Below the pieces are notes generated by a model, which worked only from the letters and a program-made list of their open reading frames with translations, was not told the origin of the DNA and did not search any database. The translations under genes were made by a program, and so were the position numbers. Shown here in pieces: positions 11,576-20,642 of a stretch of DNA of 42,151 nt. How positions within the stretch are numbered: the stretch's first letter is position 1; every line of letters starts with the position of its first letter. Source of the stretch: Mayamaea pseudoterrestris (Eukaryota); assembly GCA_027923505.1 (NCBI GenBank), contig BROI01000018.1:682001-724151 (forward strand), given 5' to 3'.

Positions 11576-13445
11576 TTAACGAGCCAACATCTGGTCCAAA
11601 GATGTGCTCAGCAGCCAGGATGTCGGCCTTCGTCACAGGACAGTTCGGCAACTGATTGCTAGTAACGATGCGCAGGTAATCCTTGAGGCTTGGCCGTCCA
11701 ATTTTGATTTGCAGTTCCCTAGCTCTAACAGCGCGTAAATAGTCATCATTGGTGTAGTTAGTACGGTTATCGTCTACCGTAGTCAACATCGCCACTCCAT
11801 CCTTGACATCGCCGCGCTTGCCCTTTGAAAAGCTCTCGCAAACATACAGCCCAGAGTCCGTCTCGACAAACTCTCGCTGCTTACCGTCCGGCTTCTCCAC
11901 GACGAACATTGGACGCTCCACGCCATGCATGAGATACTCCACGGTAAACTTCTTTCGGACTTGCGCCAAACTCAAAATGTTCGCCAGCCCCTGCGGATAC
12001 CACCACACCGGACCATAGCCCTCCAGGTCGCCCATCATGTTCGTCCTTACTGTACCAGCGTTGCACTTGATCACCATCCACGTTGGCACCGGGCGAATGT
12101 TCGTCAGCATCTTGGCGTTACAGAACAGATCCACTGTCGACTGATTGTCCAAGAGCACAGCCTTCTTTGAGATGTTCACCTTCGGCGGCTGCGCGAACAT
12201 GTATCCGACCTCGTCGTCGTCGTCGCTATCTTCCTCGCTACCCAGCGTGAAGTGCTGCGCCCCACTAGCCTCTGCAGCCGGCGCACTCTCCGTAGACTCC
12301 GCTCTCGTGGGACAGTCTCGCTGCACATGACCAACCTGTTGGCAGATCCAGCATCTGGGAGGGTCACGCGCTGTACCAGTCGTGTGAAACGCCACGCCCT
12401 CGTTCGTTGGCAACGTGGCTTCTCCATCCGCATGCTCACGACGCTGCATGATGTTGTATGCATCGTGGATCGTCAACGGGAAGTTGTCGTGCCCGTCGAG
12501 GTAGCAGTTGCGCAAGTGCTTGCAATACCCAGCGTATTCGCCCGTTGCGCCACGCACGAAAAGCATCGCAAGCTCGAGCTCTTCGGCGGCCTTGATATCA
12601 TCCTTGTTCGCCTTGTTACGATTGTCATCCTTGGCAATGTTCAGCGCCACAATCTCGTTGTGCATCGTGACGCCAACCGCCTTCGCCACGTCTGCCAGCG
12701 TGACCATGCTTTCGTAATATTTCTGCAGGCTTTCGCGCGCTCCTTGAGTACGTCCGAACAACTCAGCTTGAATGTCCACGACTTGATCCACAAGTTTGCA
12801 GCGCCCTTCGTACGTGTGCGAGATCTCCTTGATAATCGCCAGCAACTTAATTCCGTCCGTGTCCTCCTCGGCGTCTCGGAACTTGGCGTGCGACTTGACA
12901 CGATCCTTCATACGCTCCGTGCATTGCCCATACAACACGGCGTAGAGACCAGCGAGGAAGTCGGAGTATACACGCACGCGCTCGACATGCTCTTTCTTGT
13001 CGGCCTTGTATTCCTCGAGCATTATGGACCAGTCCGAGTCCGTCGTGTCGGCATCCTTCGTTGGACGCGCAGGCTCGTCAGGAATCTCCAGTTCCACGTT
13101 GCGCATGCCCTTGAGCAGCTCCTTGGTATATTTCTTGTAGGAGCGCCCGACGAAAGTGATGATCTCGTTCGTCGTACGGATGAATCCATCGGGATCGCGC
13201 GAACCGTTGTAGTCGTAGATGAAGCCAGCGAGCGTCGGCTCGCTTCCTTGGAAATTTCCACTCGGCGCACGACTCGGTCCGTTGAGTCTGTTACCATTGC
13301 CTTGGTTCCCGGAACGATTCCCAGCACGATTCCCACGACGATAATGACGGTTACGTCGGTTTCCTTCGCTTGCTGGCGGAGCGGGAGGTGCACCTCCACC
13401 GCTCGACGCCGTTCCTGTCGTCGGAGTATTGCTCGTCGAAGACAT
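11541..13445 (-). CDS. Copia polyprotein part 1: Gag, zinc knuckle, aspartic protease, pre-integrase region
   Basis: CWICQQVGHVQRDC (CX2CX4HX4C); protease-like VLLDNQSTVDLF and ANILSL; ends in a frameshift near 11575. Confidence 0.9.
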   Translation of the reverse strand: MSSTSNTPTTGTASSGGGAPPAPPASEGNRRNRHYRRGNRAGNRSGNQGNGNRLNGPSRAPSGNFQGSEPTLAGFIYDYNGSRDPDGFIRTTNEIITFVGRSYKKYTKELLKGMRNVELEIPDEPARPTKDADTTDSDWSIMLEEYKADKKEHVERVRVYSDFLAGLYAVLYGQCTERMKDRVKSHAKFRDAEEDTDGIKLLAIIKEISHTYEGRCKLVDQVVDIQAELFGRTQGARESLQKYYESMVTLADVAKAVGVTMHNEIVALNIAKDDNRNKANKDDIKAAEELELAMLFVRGATGEYAGYCKHLRNCYLDGHDNFPLTIHDAYNIMQRREHADGEATLPTNEGVAFHTTGTARDPPRCWICQQVGHVQRDCPTRAESTESAPAAEASGAQHFTLGSEEDSDDDDEVGYMFAQPPKVNISKKAVLLDNQSTVDLFCNAKMLTNIRPVPTWMVIKCNAGTVRTNMMGDLEGYGPVWWYPQGLANILSLAQVRKKFTVEYLMHGVERPMFVVEKPDGKQREFVETDSGLYVCESFSKGKRGDVKDGVAMLTTVDDNRTNYTNDDYLRAVRARELQIKIGRPSLKDYLRIVTSNQLPNCPVTKADILAAEHIFGPDVGSLKERRRVARRIW

Positions 13446-13458
13446 GTCTTTTCACTCC

Positions 13459-13473
13459 CTTCTTGGAGAAAAT
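13459..13473 (-). other. Primer-binding-site position, non-tRNA type, complementary to LTR 8552-8566
   Basis: Minus strand reads ...CAACA|TTTTCTCCAAGAAG with no TGG, and is an exact inverted match to an LTR segment. Confidence 0.7.
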
Positions 13474-13588
13474 GTTGGATCTAGAATATAGTGGCAATTG
13501 GATCTTCTCGCTAGCCCACCGCGTTTACATCGCACCGTCCGTCACGTCCCGCTGTCTCTTCGGTTTGGGTTCTCATCCATGCTCAACA
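13473..13588 (-). repeat. 5' LTR (116 bp as assembled; internally deleted or garbled)
   Basis: Same termini as the 3' LTR and followed by the TSD; the middle is a shortened, diverged version that retains ACCGCGTTTAC. Confidence 0.85.
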
Positions 13589-14497
13589 CAACCCTCAATT
13601 CCTTGCCAGTCGCCGCAAATCGACATGCCATTCGTAACATCATGGCCGAGCTACGGAAGTGCGAAAGTCTCGAATTTATTGTCTCTTCTACGTAAATTGT
13701 GGCTGCGACGTTATGCTCGCTTTTGCCGAGACCTTGCATCGACTTCCATTCACAAGGCCAGTGTTTATTTGGGAAATTGACGTTTTGTTTGATGACTCTT
13801 CGCAATTTGCCTCGATTGACGCATCTCAAAATCAAGAGTGAATGGTGATTGTATCATAATGGCGATGGTATATGCGAAGAGCTGGCTTTGTTCCTCGACG
13901 GCGGCCAGTTCCATGCGAGTCGACGTTTGCTCCCTTCTCGCCCCCACGACACTATTCTCCCTGCGTTACACGCCATTCCAAGTTTGAAATCTTCGCACAT
14001 TTCATACCAGGACGAGATGAAGCATTGGGTGATTCCCGACTTGACACCGCGTCCATCTCAGGCGATTTGCCCGCGTCTTGCTTTCGAAACTTTTGTCAAG
14101 CGCTCGCCGGAGCAAGAGTAAAATGTGTCACGTGCGCTGCAAGCAGTCCCAAACACCGCTTTTCCTGCAGAACCAAACATTACCATCTGGCGGTTGCCGC
14201 TGCGTTGCAGTCGCGCATGGAGAGCTTCTCTCTGCCGTACATGCCTTGTTGAACGTTACCTACTGTACTGAGCATCTAGGACGATTTAATACGGCCAAGG
14301 AACCAGCAGAGGTTTGCCGGCTAACGATTTAAAGAGTAGGTACCGGCAGTGCAGTAATTTTGATGTTAAATAATTTATTAGTGTATTGACGTACCACTTT
14401 TACCCAGCACAAGCATGTTATTAAGAGAAGTCGCCCAGTGCACATCTTGTGCAAGATTCATGTTTCAAAGGCCCCTCAATTCTTTTTTTTCTAGCAT

Positions 14498-16207
14498 TCA
14501 CTGAAAGCCAAAAACATTGTACTGATCAGGATTGTAAAGTACAATCTCGCGCGATTCGCAGGCGACAATCGCCTGCGACTTTCCGCGCTCCATCGCAGCA
14601 AGCTGCGGTGCTTCTTCCATCTCTGCATCTTTCAAAATGTCCAAAGTCCAGATTGCAATCGCCTGTACTGCGTGGCGCATTAACGCCACCAACCAGCGGC
14701 ATCCTCTGTGCATCGCGCCAATCGCCAACCGATAAATGTTGCAAATGCCAATGCCTGCATCCAAAATTGCATGGCACAACAAAGTCAATGCTCCAAGGCA
14801 TTGTGAGACAATTCGTGAACGGCCAAATGCAACAGTACGTCGCGCAATCCACCCAATTATTGAGCGGTGCAATGCATTGCGAAAGAAAACGCCCACAAAT
14901 TCTAGCATCTCCAACAACGCCTGCATGAAAAGGGTGCACATTATCCAAAAGGCAAACACGTGGGCCGGCTCAGCGAATAGTTCATCCAGTTTCATCGAGT
15001 GAAAATGAGAGGCGTATTTGAAAACACCCAAAGATGCACATACATAGCACTTGGAGACATGATGCACTGCCTCTCGCTTCGCAGCCTTTAAGTTTCGATT
15101 CTTTCGCCGTGCGCATAACAGCAAGTACATGTCGACAACTTGTGCGGCGAGAACAATCATGGCCATGGGTTTGTTAAAAATCAGAAATCGAAACGTAGTG
15201 GGCTGTTCCATCAACCAAGGGCCAACATGGATGATGACTTCCCATGAACCGCCCAAGACCAACAAGCATAACAGACACAGCTTGACGTTTCTCGTGAAGC
15301 GAGCCGAAAGCCATGCGTTGATAACAATGGCATTTATTGGCGCGGTGTATATGAATTGGAGGACCAAACTATAGCAGAGTGCGACCAAAAAACCAGAGTT
15401 GTTCCACAGCACGATAGGCAGTGGCTTGTCAAACATGGTCGAGGGACAGATGTCTCCCCCATTACCAACGAATGATACCACGCAGTAGCTAGCCACCAGC
15501 ATTGCGTTGCAAGCTTTCATCGTTATCGATCGATCCGATCCATGGTAGGCCCATGCGTCTGCCAAAACGTAGGCGACCAAAAGCATGGCCAATGGCCTGC
15601 TCGCAACCTCAAAGCAAACCTCCATGAAATCTCCCGCCCAATACTCTGTCATATACGACAACCAGAGCAGGACTGCGAATGTGACCAAGAAAACGACGCG
15701 AAAGAAGCGTTTTTGCTTGTCTTGTTCAGATACTGTTGGCTGACTGACATAGCAGCAGGTTCCATAGCCGCCGGCGAAGAGTAACATGGGCCAGATAATC
15801 ACGAGTATGGGCTTGGCCGTTTCGTACGCTGTCTGGCTCGCATTGTTAACGCTGGTTTGAAGCGTCTTGGCATGGTTCCATGCCATGCGGGCCATGGCAA
15901 AAAGATGGTCGACAAATTGTTTGACGCGCACTTCGGCAGCGTCGAGCGCATCGAATGCTTCCGTGATTGCATCGGAAGCATGAGCGGCTGTTGTAGAAGT
16001 AATTGTAGATGTGATGTTCTTGTTTGATGCCCGACGCTTGTCTTGCGTCGACGCTTTTAATGTGGAAGCAGTAGTGGCAGCCTCCTTGGAGCTGTCGCCC
16101 GTGCTGCATGCGCATGTACTGCCAGCAGCAACGCTTTTAGTCAGCGCCAAGAGGCCGAAGAGAAGTAGGAGAAGAGCAGACCGATGATGGCCGCGATGAT
16201 TCATCAT
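14498..16207 (-). CDS. Hypothetical multi-pass membrane protein with signal peptide (569 aa)
   Basis: Uninterrupted 1.7-kb ORF; hydrophobic N-terminus ALLLLLFGLLALTKSVAA, Ser/Thr-rich linker and many hydrophobic segments. Confidence 0.8.
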   Translation of the reverse strand: MMNHRGHHRSALLLLLFGLLALTKSVAAGSTCACSTGDSSKEAATTASTLKASTQDKRRASNKNITSTITSTTAAHASDAITEAFDALDAAEVRVKQFVDHLFAMARMAWNHAKTLQTSVNNASQTAYETAKPILVIIWPMLLFAGGYGTCCYVSQPTVSEQDKQKRFFRVVFLVTFAVLLWLSYMTEYWAGDFMEVCFEVASRPLAMLLVAYVLADAWAYHGSDRSITMKACNAMLVASYCVVSFVGNGGDICPSTMFDKPLPIVLWNNSGFLVALCYSLVLQFIYTAPINAIVINAWLSARFTRNVKLCLLCLLVLGGSWEVIIHVGPWLMEQPTTFRFLIFNKPMAMIVLAAQVVDMYLLLCARRKNRNLKAAKREAVHHVSKCYVCASLGVFKYASHFHSMKLDELFAEPAHVFAFWIMCTLFMQALLEMLEFVGVFFRNALHRSIIGWIARRTVAFGRSRIVSQCLGALTLLCHAILDAGIGICNIYRLAIGAMHRGCRWLVALMRHAVQAIAIWTLDILKDAEMEEAPQLAAMERGKSQAIVACESREIVLYNPDQYNVFGFQ

Positions 16208-16924
16208 GGTAGATAGGGTGACGCTTGAAAACCTTGATGCGATGCTTGATGCTTGCGAACGACGGAAAGAAGAAGAGTTGCCCAGCGACTTTTAGCAAGG
16301 ACAATGGACTGCAACAGCGAGTGAAACGATGAAAGGTTCCAGCGCTGAATTTATGGAGAATGGTCGCGTTCGTCGCCTTTTGTGATTGAAAATGGACCGG
16401 TCGACTGGTTTCTGTCGTGACGACCGTTGCATCAAGTCGTGATTGACCGCCCGCATCGCTAAATTCTCCCGCACCTCAGCTTGGCATTCACGCCATGTTC
16501 ATCTACGATTGCGTACATGAGCTTGTAGAGTAACAAGGGCTGGGCGTGCAAACGTCGGGGCGTAGAGACTTAAAGGAGCGCGAAAGCTGTCATGGTGAGT
16601 GGCGACGATCCGAGCCAAAAGAGTGAATGTCGCAGCGAGAATAAACTAGTCTTACCGGTTCTCGAGCCATCCACGAAAGAAACGCACATCGTCGGCGCGA
16701 CCATGGAGGTACAAGCGGTTCTCGCAGCTAAACGATCGGTCTTGTTTGGCGGAAACGTGCATGCGTTCAGACGACCGGTATGGCTGTCGTGATTGACTGG
16801 AGTCCATCGATGGACTCGTCGCCATTATTTTTCACTAGTCTCTCTGCATTGCATTCGAGTCTGAACGATCACAAGCAGCGCTCTCTCATTCCATTACGAC
16901 TTTACTACTACAAGCAATTTCACC

Positions 16925-18478
16925 ATGATCATGGGCAGTCGCAAGACGCTTCTTGCCTTGGCGCTATCAGCCATTGTCTTTCTACAGACGAGCTCGGCCG
17001 CGCATGGCTTTGAGGCTTCGTCCAAGGACTTTGCAAACAAGTATCTGGCGTCGGCAGCCAACAAGCAGAGCCACTCGACTCTTTTAAAGCTGCAGCAACG
17101 TCATTCAGCAGCTGAAGTTGACAAGAACAAAGCCAAGCCTACAAGCGGACGAACCAAGGTAGCGATGCAGGTTGAAGACTCGGAGACTACCGAGCTCCCA
17201 GTCGTGTTGAGTGTCTTGAAGGATGCAGTTCTATTTGGCGTTCATGCCTTCTTTTCGCTGCTTCGCTTTGTTCTACAAGCAGTCCGAGCCACAATCGAAG
17301 CCTACCAACTTGTCTGCAAGACCGTTATTGTCGCTTGTCAGCTTATACACGCCGCCATTGACTCGATTCCCGGAGTCGTGGCGAGTGTATGGAGCGCTGG
17401 CGTTGCTTCGTTGTACCATGCTGGCGCGTTAATCAACATTATCTTGGAAGGAACCTTTCGCTTCTTCTGCAGCGAACATGCAGGTATATTGGTCATTCTC
17501 GGGACGGTTCTTTACTTGGTAATTGAGTTCCTCGTCGGAGCCTATAAGCTCGTCAAGTTTCTTCGTACGGGTGCCAAACTCCGGTGGAGCAAGATTCCAA
17601 CGACACTACTTTATGTTTTGGATTGCATGAGCTGGCCGTGCTTTTACTATGGGTACACATGCTTGCTCAATCTCGACCGCAACCTGCTCGTCCGCTGTGC
17701 CCTGTTTATATTGCTCACAGTGCCATTTCGCTTGGCTGTTATTGGTCACGACATTGAAAGCAATGCCGAAACAATCAAGGCCAAGATACGCTCCTTTTTG
17801 ACACGAATCTCCAAAGCCAAACGATGCTTTTGGGATGCTGACTTGGCGACCGCGGCTCGCCTTGTGCGAGGGTTCAATTCGATGCAAGCGTTGGAGCAGC
17901 GAAACCACCTGCCCTCCTTGCTCGAAACCCTTGCCAGGCTGCCTTGCGAGCCCAAGACTGTCAAGGAGCTAGATATATTTTCGAGCATGGCCGAATGCGC
18001 CGAAATTGTGGGCGAGATTCAGTTTGAAACATTGAGCAAGTTGGAGGTGGTCATGGGCAAGGAAAAACTTGGTCGTGTGCCATTTTCGTCCACACTGGTC
18101 GTCGACTACAAGACAGTTTTTGACAAGCTAGCACGCAAGTTTTGCAACTATGATGTTGACAAGCAAATGGAAGAGCTCATGCCAACGATTGAGTTTCTCA
18201 TGGCCATTGCCAATGATGGCGGTGTACGCGCTGCCGAGGACGCCTTGAGCACAGTTCTCAAACTGGTCGCTGATTTCAGACCATTGATTTCAGTGCATGG
18301 CATTATGAATATTATGAATCATGGAATCCGTGTCAGTCAAACCATTCGTCGCCTTGTTCCAAAGGGCATGGAGAAATTCTATTTTGAAAAGATCCGGCAA
18401 ATGACTTTCGAGGATTTAGCAGGAGGGTCCGCCCACTTTGTCATTTTGTCCAGAGACGCGACGACTGCAGAATTTTAG
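16925..18478 (+). CDS. Hypothetical signal-peptide and membrane protein (517 aa)
   Basis: Uninterrupted ORF; ACC-ATG start context; signal-like TLLALALSAIVFLQTSSA, TM-like GILVILGTVLYLVIEFLVG and a helical C-terminal region. Confidence 0.8.
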   Translation: MIMGSRKTLLALALSAIVFLQTSSAAHGFEASSKDFANKYLASAANKQSHSTLLKLQQRHSAAEVDKNKAKPTSGRTKVAMQVEDSETTELPVVLSVLKDAVLFGVHAFFSLLRFVLQAVRATIEAYQLVCKTVIVACQLIHAAIDSIPGVVASVWSAGVASLYHAGALINIILEGTFRFFCSEHAGILVILGTVLYLVIEFLVGAYKLVKFLRTGAKLRWSKIPTTLLYVLDCMSWPCFYYGYTCLLNLDRNLLVRCALFILLTVPFRLAVIGHDIESNAETIKAKIRSFLTRISKAKRCFWDADLATAARLVRGFNSMQALEQRNHLPSLLETLARLPCEPKTVKELDIFSSMAECAEIVGEIQFETLSKLEVVMGKEKLGRVPFSSTLVVDYKTVFDKLARKFCNYDVDKQMEELMPTIEFLMAIANDGGVRAAEDALSTVLKLVADFRPLISVHGIMNIMNHGIRVSQTIRRLVPKGMEKFYFEKIRQMTFEDLAGGSAHFVILSRDATTAEF

Positions 18479-18812
18479 GCGCTTGATGGCTTTGACAATG
18501 GACGGCATGCGAATGATACAACAATCACTTGAGTCTACCGTCCGGCATTCATATTATACATGATTAATCGATGCATGTGGTTTGCTTAAAACGTAAATGC
18601 TGATAAACAAGATTCGTAAATTACCAATATATGCTATACTCTACAATCGTCTACATTATATTTAATAAAATAGTCATGTTGACGCAGGATCGGTGGCGCT
18701 GCCGAAAGATGGGCAAATTTACAGTCGTCTACCCCTTTCATTTGCTTGTTCAAGCGGACTCATGCCATAATGATCCAGCAGAATCATTGCCGTTTCGGTG
18801 CAAAGTCGTGCT

Positions 18813-19211
18813 TTACATGTCAATACATAATGAAACGCCCAACAATGTTTCTATCTCATTTTTACTGCTGAACGAGCGATGAGAGGATGCAGTCGCATCC
18901 GCATCATGATTCACCTTTCGTCCCGTCTTGGCGTCAATCTGGTAGACTCTCAAATGCTTGGATCGCGCTTGAATCGCCTGAATTACAGCTTGTTTTGCAT
19001 CTACTCCAAGCGTCAGCAGTTTGACCTTTTGGAATTGGCAGAGAATGGAAAGCGGCACGCAGCCATCGTTCAAGTGGCGCAGCGTCTGCAAATAAACGTC
19101 CTTGCGCAAGTTGCAGTGCGAAAAGTGGTATTCGATTTGGTGCGCAAGCGCAGTGAGCATGGTGTTGTTAGTAGTAGTAGTAGTGTTTAAAGATGAAGTC
19201 GTCGTCGTCAT
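18813..19211 (-). CDS. La-motif (winged-helix RNA-binding) protein, LARP-like, ~132 aa
   Basis: LAHQIEYHFSHCNLRKDVYL...DGCVPLSILCQFQKVKLL matches the La motif consensus. First in-frame ATG is 19211; the frame is open to ~19360. Confidence 0.8.
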   Translation of the reverse strand: MTTTTSSLNTTTTTNNTMLTALAHQIEYHFSHCNLRKDVYLQTLRHLNDGCVPLSILCQFQKVKLLTLGVDAKQAVIQAIQARSKHLRVYQIDAKTGRKVNHDADATASSHRSFSSKNEIETLLGVSLCIDM

Positions 19212-19575
19212 GATGAACTCGGAGCGAACTGCGTTGTCGAAATGGAACAAAATGAGATTGGATGGAGTCGTCGTCGTCGAAGTCGTTTGCAGCGGGAACT
19301 TTCTTGTCAAGCTTGCTCGTGCTGCTGCAACTGCTAGTAGTCCTTGTTCAATGCTTTGTCAATAGTCTCGCGTCGAATTCACTTGCTGCTATGGTATGAT
19401 ATGCGTCGTCGCTACGAATCTCCTTCGTTTGGTTTTCGATCCGGATCGTCTCGTCGCTTTGTGCGAAACGTCACTCTGTCTTATTAATACCAGTACTAGC
19501 CGCAAGTACATCATCCACGTACGTCAGCGTTCAGATACCGCCTTACTACGTTGAATTTGCTGCCGATGCGGATCG

Positions 19576-19601
19576 CGATCGATCGATCGATCGACCGATC
19601 G
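19576..19601. repeat. (GATC)n microsatellite, self-complementary
   Basis: CGATCGATCGATCGATCGACCGATCG. Confidence 0.8.
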
Positions 19602-19812
19602 TCTCACAGTTGCTTAGTCAAGTACATTGCCGGAAATCAGCGTGGAAAGACTCCCAAGCTCTAGTATAATCTGAGTGCACTCGGATCTTTTTGGGAGGTA
19701 TAGGGTGCTGATTTGTGGAGGCATCCGCAGTCAGTGCTCTATGCATCAAGCAACTGTCACACCCCTTTGTCTTAGCCGGTCGGTTCTGGCAACCTCTGAG
19801 TTCTTTGGGCTT

Positions 19813-19875
19813 GGAGGAGGGGAGGGTCCATTGGGTATAGTCCATTGGGGAAAAGTCCATTGGGGATAGTCCAGT
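19813..19875 (+). repeat. Short G-rich tandem repeat (GTCCATTGGG x3 plus a partial copy, 14-15 bp period)
   Basis: GGGGAGGGTCCATTGGGTATAGTCCATTGGGGAAAAGTCCATTGGGGATAGTCCAG. Confidence 0.75.
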
Positions 19876-20642
19876 TCTAGCAAGTGCTGCTGCCGACAAC
19901 TGCCAGTTGTGGAACACTGTGGTTCAATCATGCCAGGCGATTGCGATGCCTGGTTGTTCAATTGGTTGATTGAACAAATCACTTCAAACCAACCCTGCAG
20001 CCATTCCTACTGTAATTCACGTCAGCTTTGGCATCGACGAGTTGAAGAATGCAAGCGCTGATGAGGTGGTTCGTTTGCAAACTGTTGCCGGTGATGCGTT
20101 GATGAGTATACTATCGGCAAGTACGGACGGTTATCTGTTTTGTCATTAAAGTGATTGCAGTTTCACCCGTTTTGTAAGTCGTTTGCATTCCTCGCAGGCC
20201 GCTTCATTGATGAACGATGGCAGCAGCAGCGACCAGCAATACTTTGGTTGTGGCGATAGCGTGAATGGAATTGAATAAGTACATGTTCATTGACACGATT
20301 GTACCTTGTGTGCCATTGCAGTGAGGTTTTGCCGGTACGTCGTGCGCAGTCCTTTATGCGTGTCACTGCTCGTGCGCTCGTACTTATTTTTCCTATCCAA
20401 TCTAACGCCTGTACCATTTCGTTTGCACGTTTTCACAGATGCTACTTGGCGTTACTTCCAGCAGATCTATCCTCGCCAATCTAATGTCTGCAATGTTACG
20501 TTTGCATGTTTAACACAGATGCCTTTTAAGTTACTCGTCAAGGAATCCTGCTATAACCAAGGCAGTCAGCTGGTCAAGACGTTTGGCGGTACATCATGTC
20601 TGCTGCTGCTGCTTATACAGGTGTCCTGTTTTTTTATGTTAG

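Larger units (their letters stand above)
8469..13588 (-). mobile_element. Full-length Ty1/copia LTR retrotransposon (diatom CoDi-like), 5120 bp
   Basis: TG...CA-bounded LTRs at both ends; 5-bp TSD CAACC (8464-8468 and 13589-13593); domain order Gag-PR-IN-RT-RNaseH; PPT abutting the 3' LTR. Confidence 0.97.
8354..14330 (+). pseudogene. Probable decayed host gene (LRR-like) split by the Copia: 8354-8468 plus ~13594-14330
   Basis: ORF 8354 runs into the LTR. Fragments beyond the element (AIRNIMAELRKCESLEFIV, VMLAFAETLHRLP, ILPALHAIPSLK) are collinear, protein-like and broken by stops and shifts. Confidence 0.35.

Noticed and set aside
12252..13484. 410-aa antisense ORF (and 10390-11655 ORFs) opposite the Copia genes
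   Set aside because: Shadow ORFs expected from GC-rich codon usage; no motifs.
20020..20520. Possible gene remnant with a short intron before satellite A
   Set aside because: Protein-like stretches with stops but no recognisable family; too weak to call.
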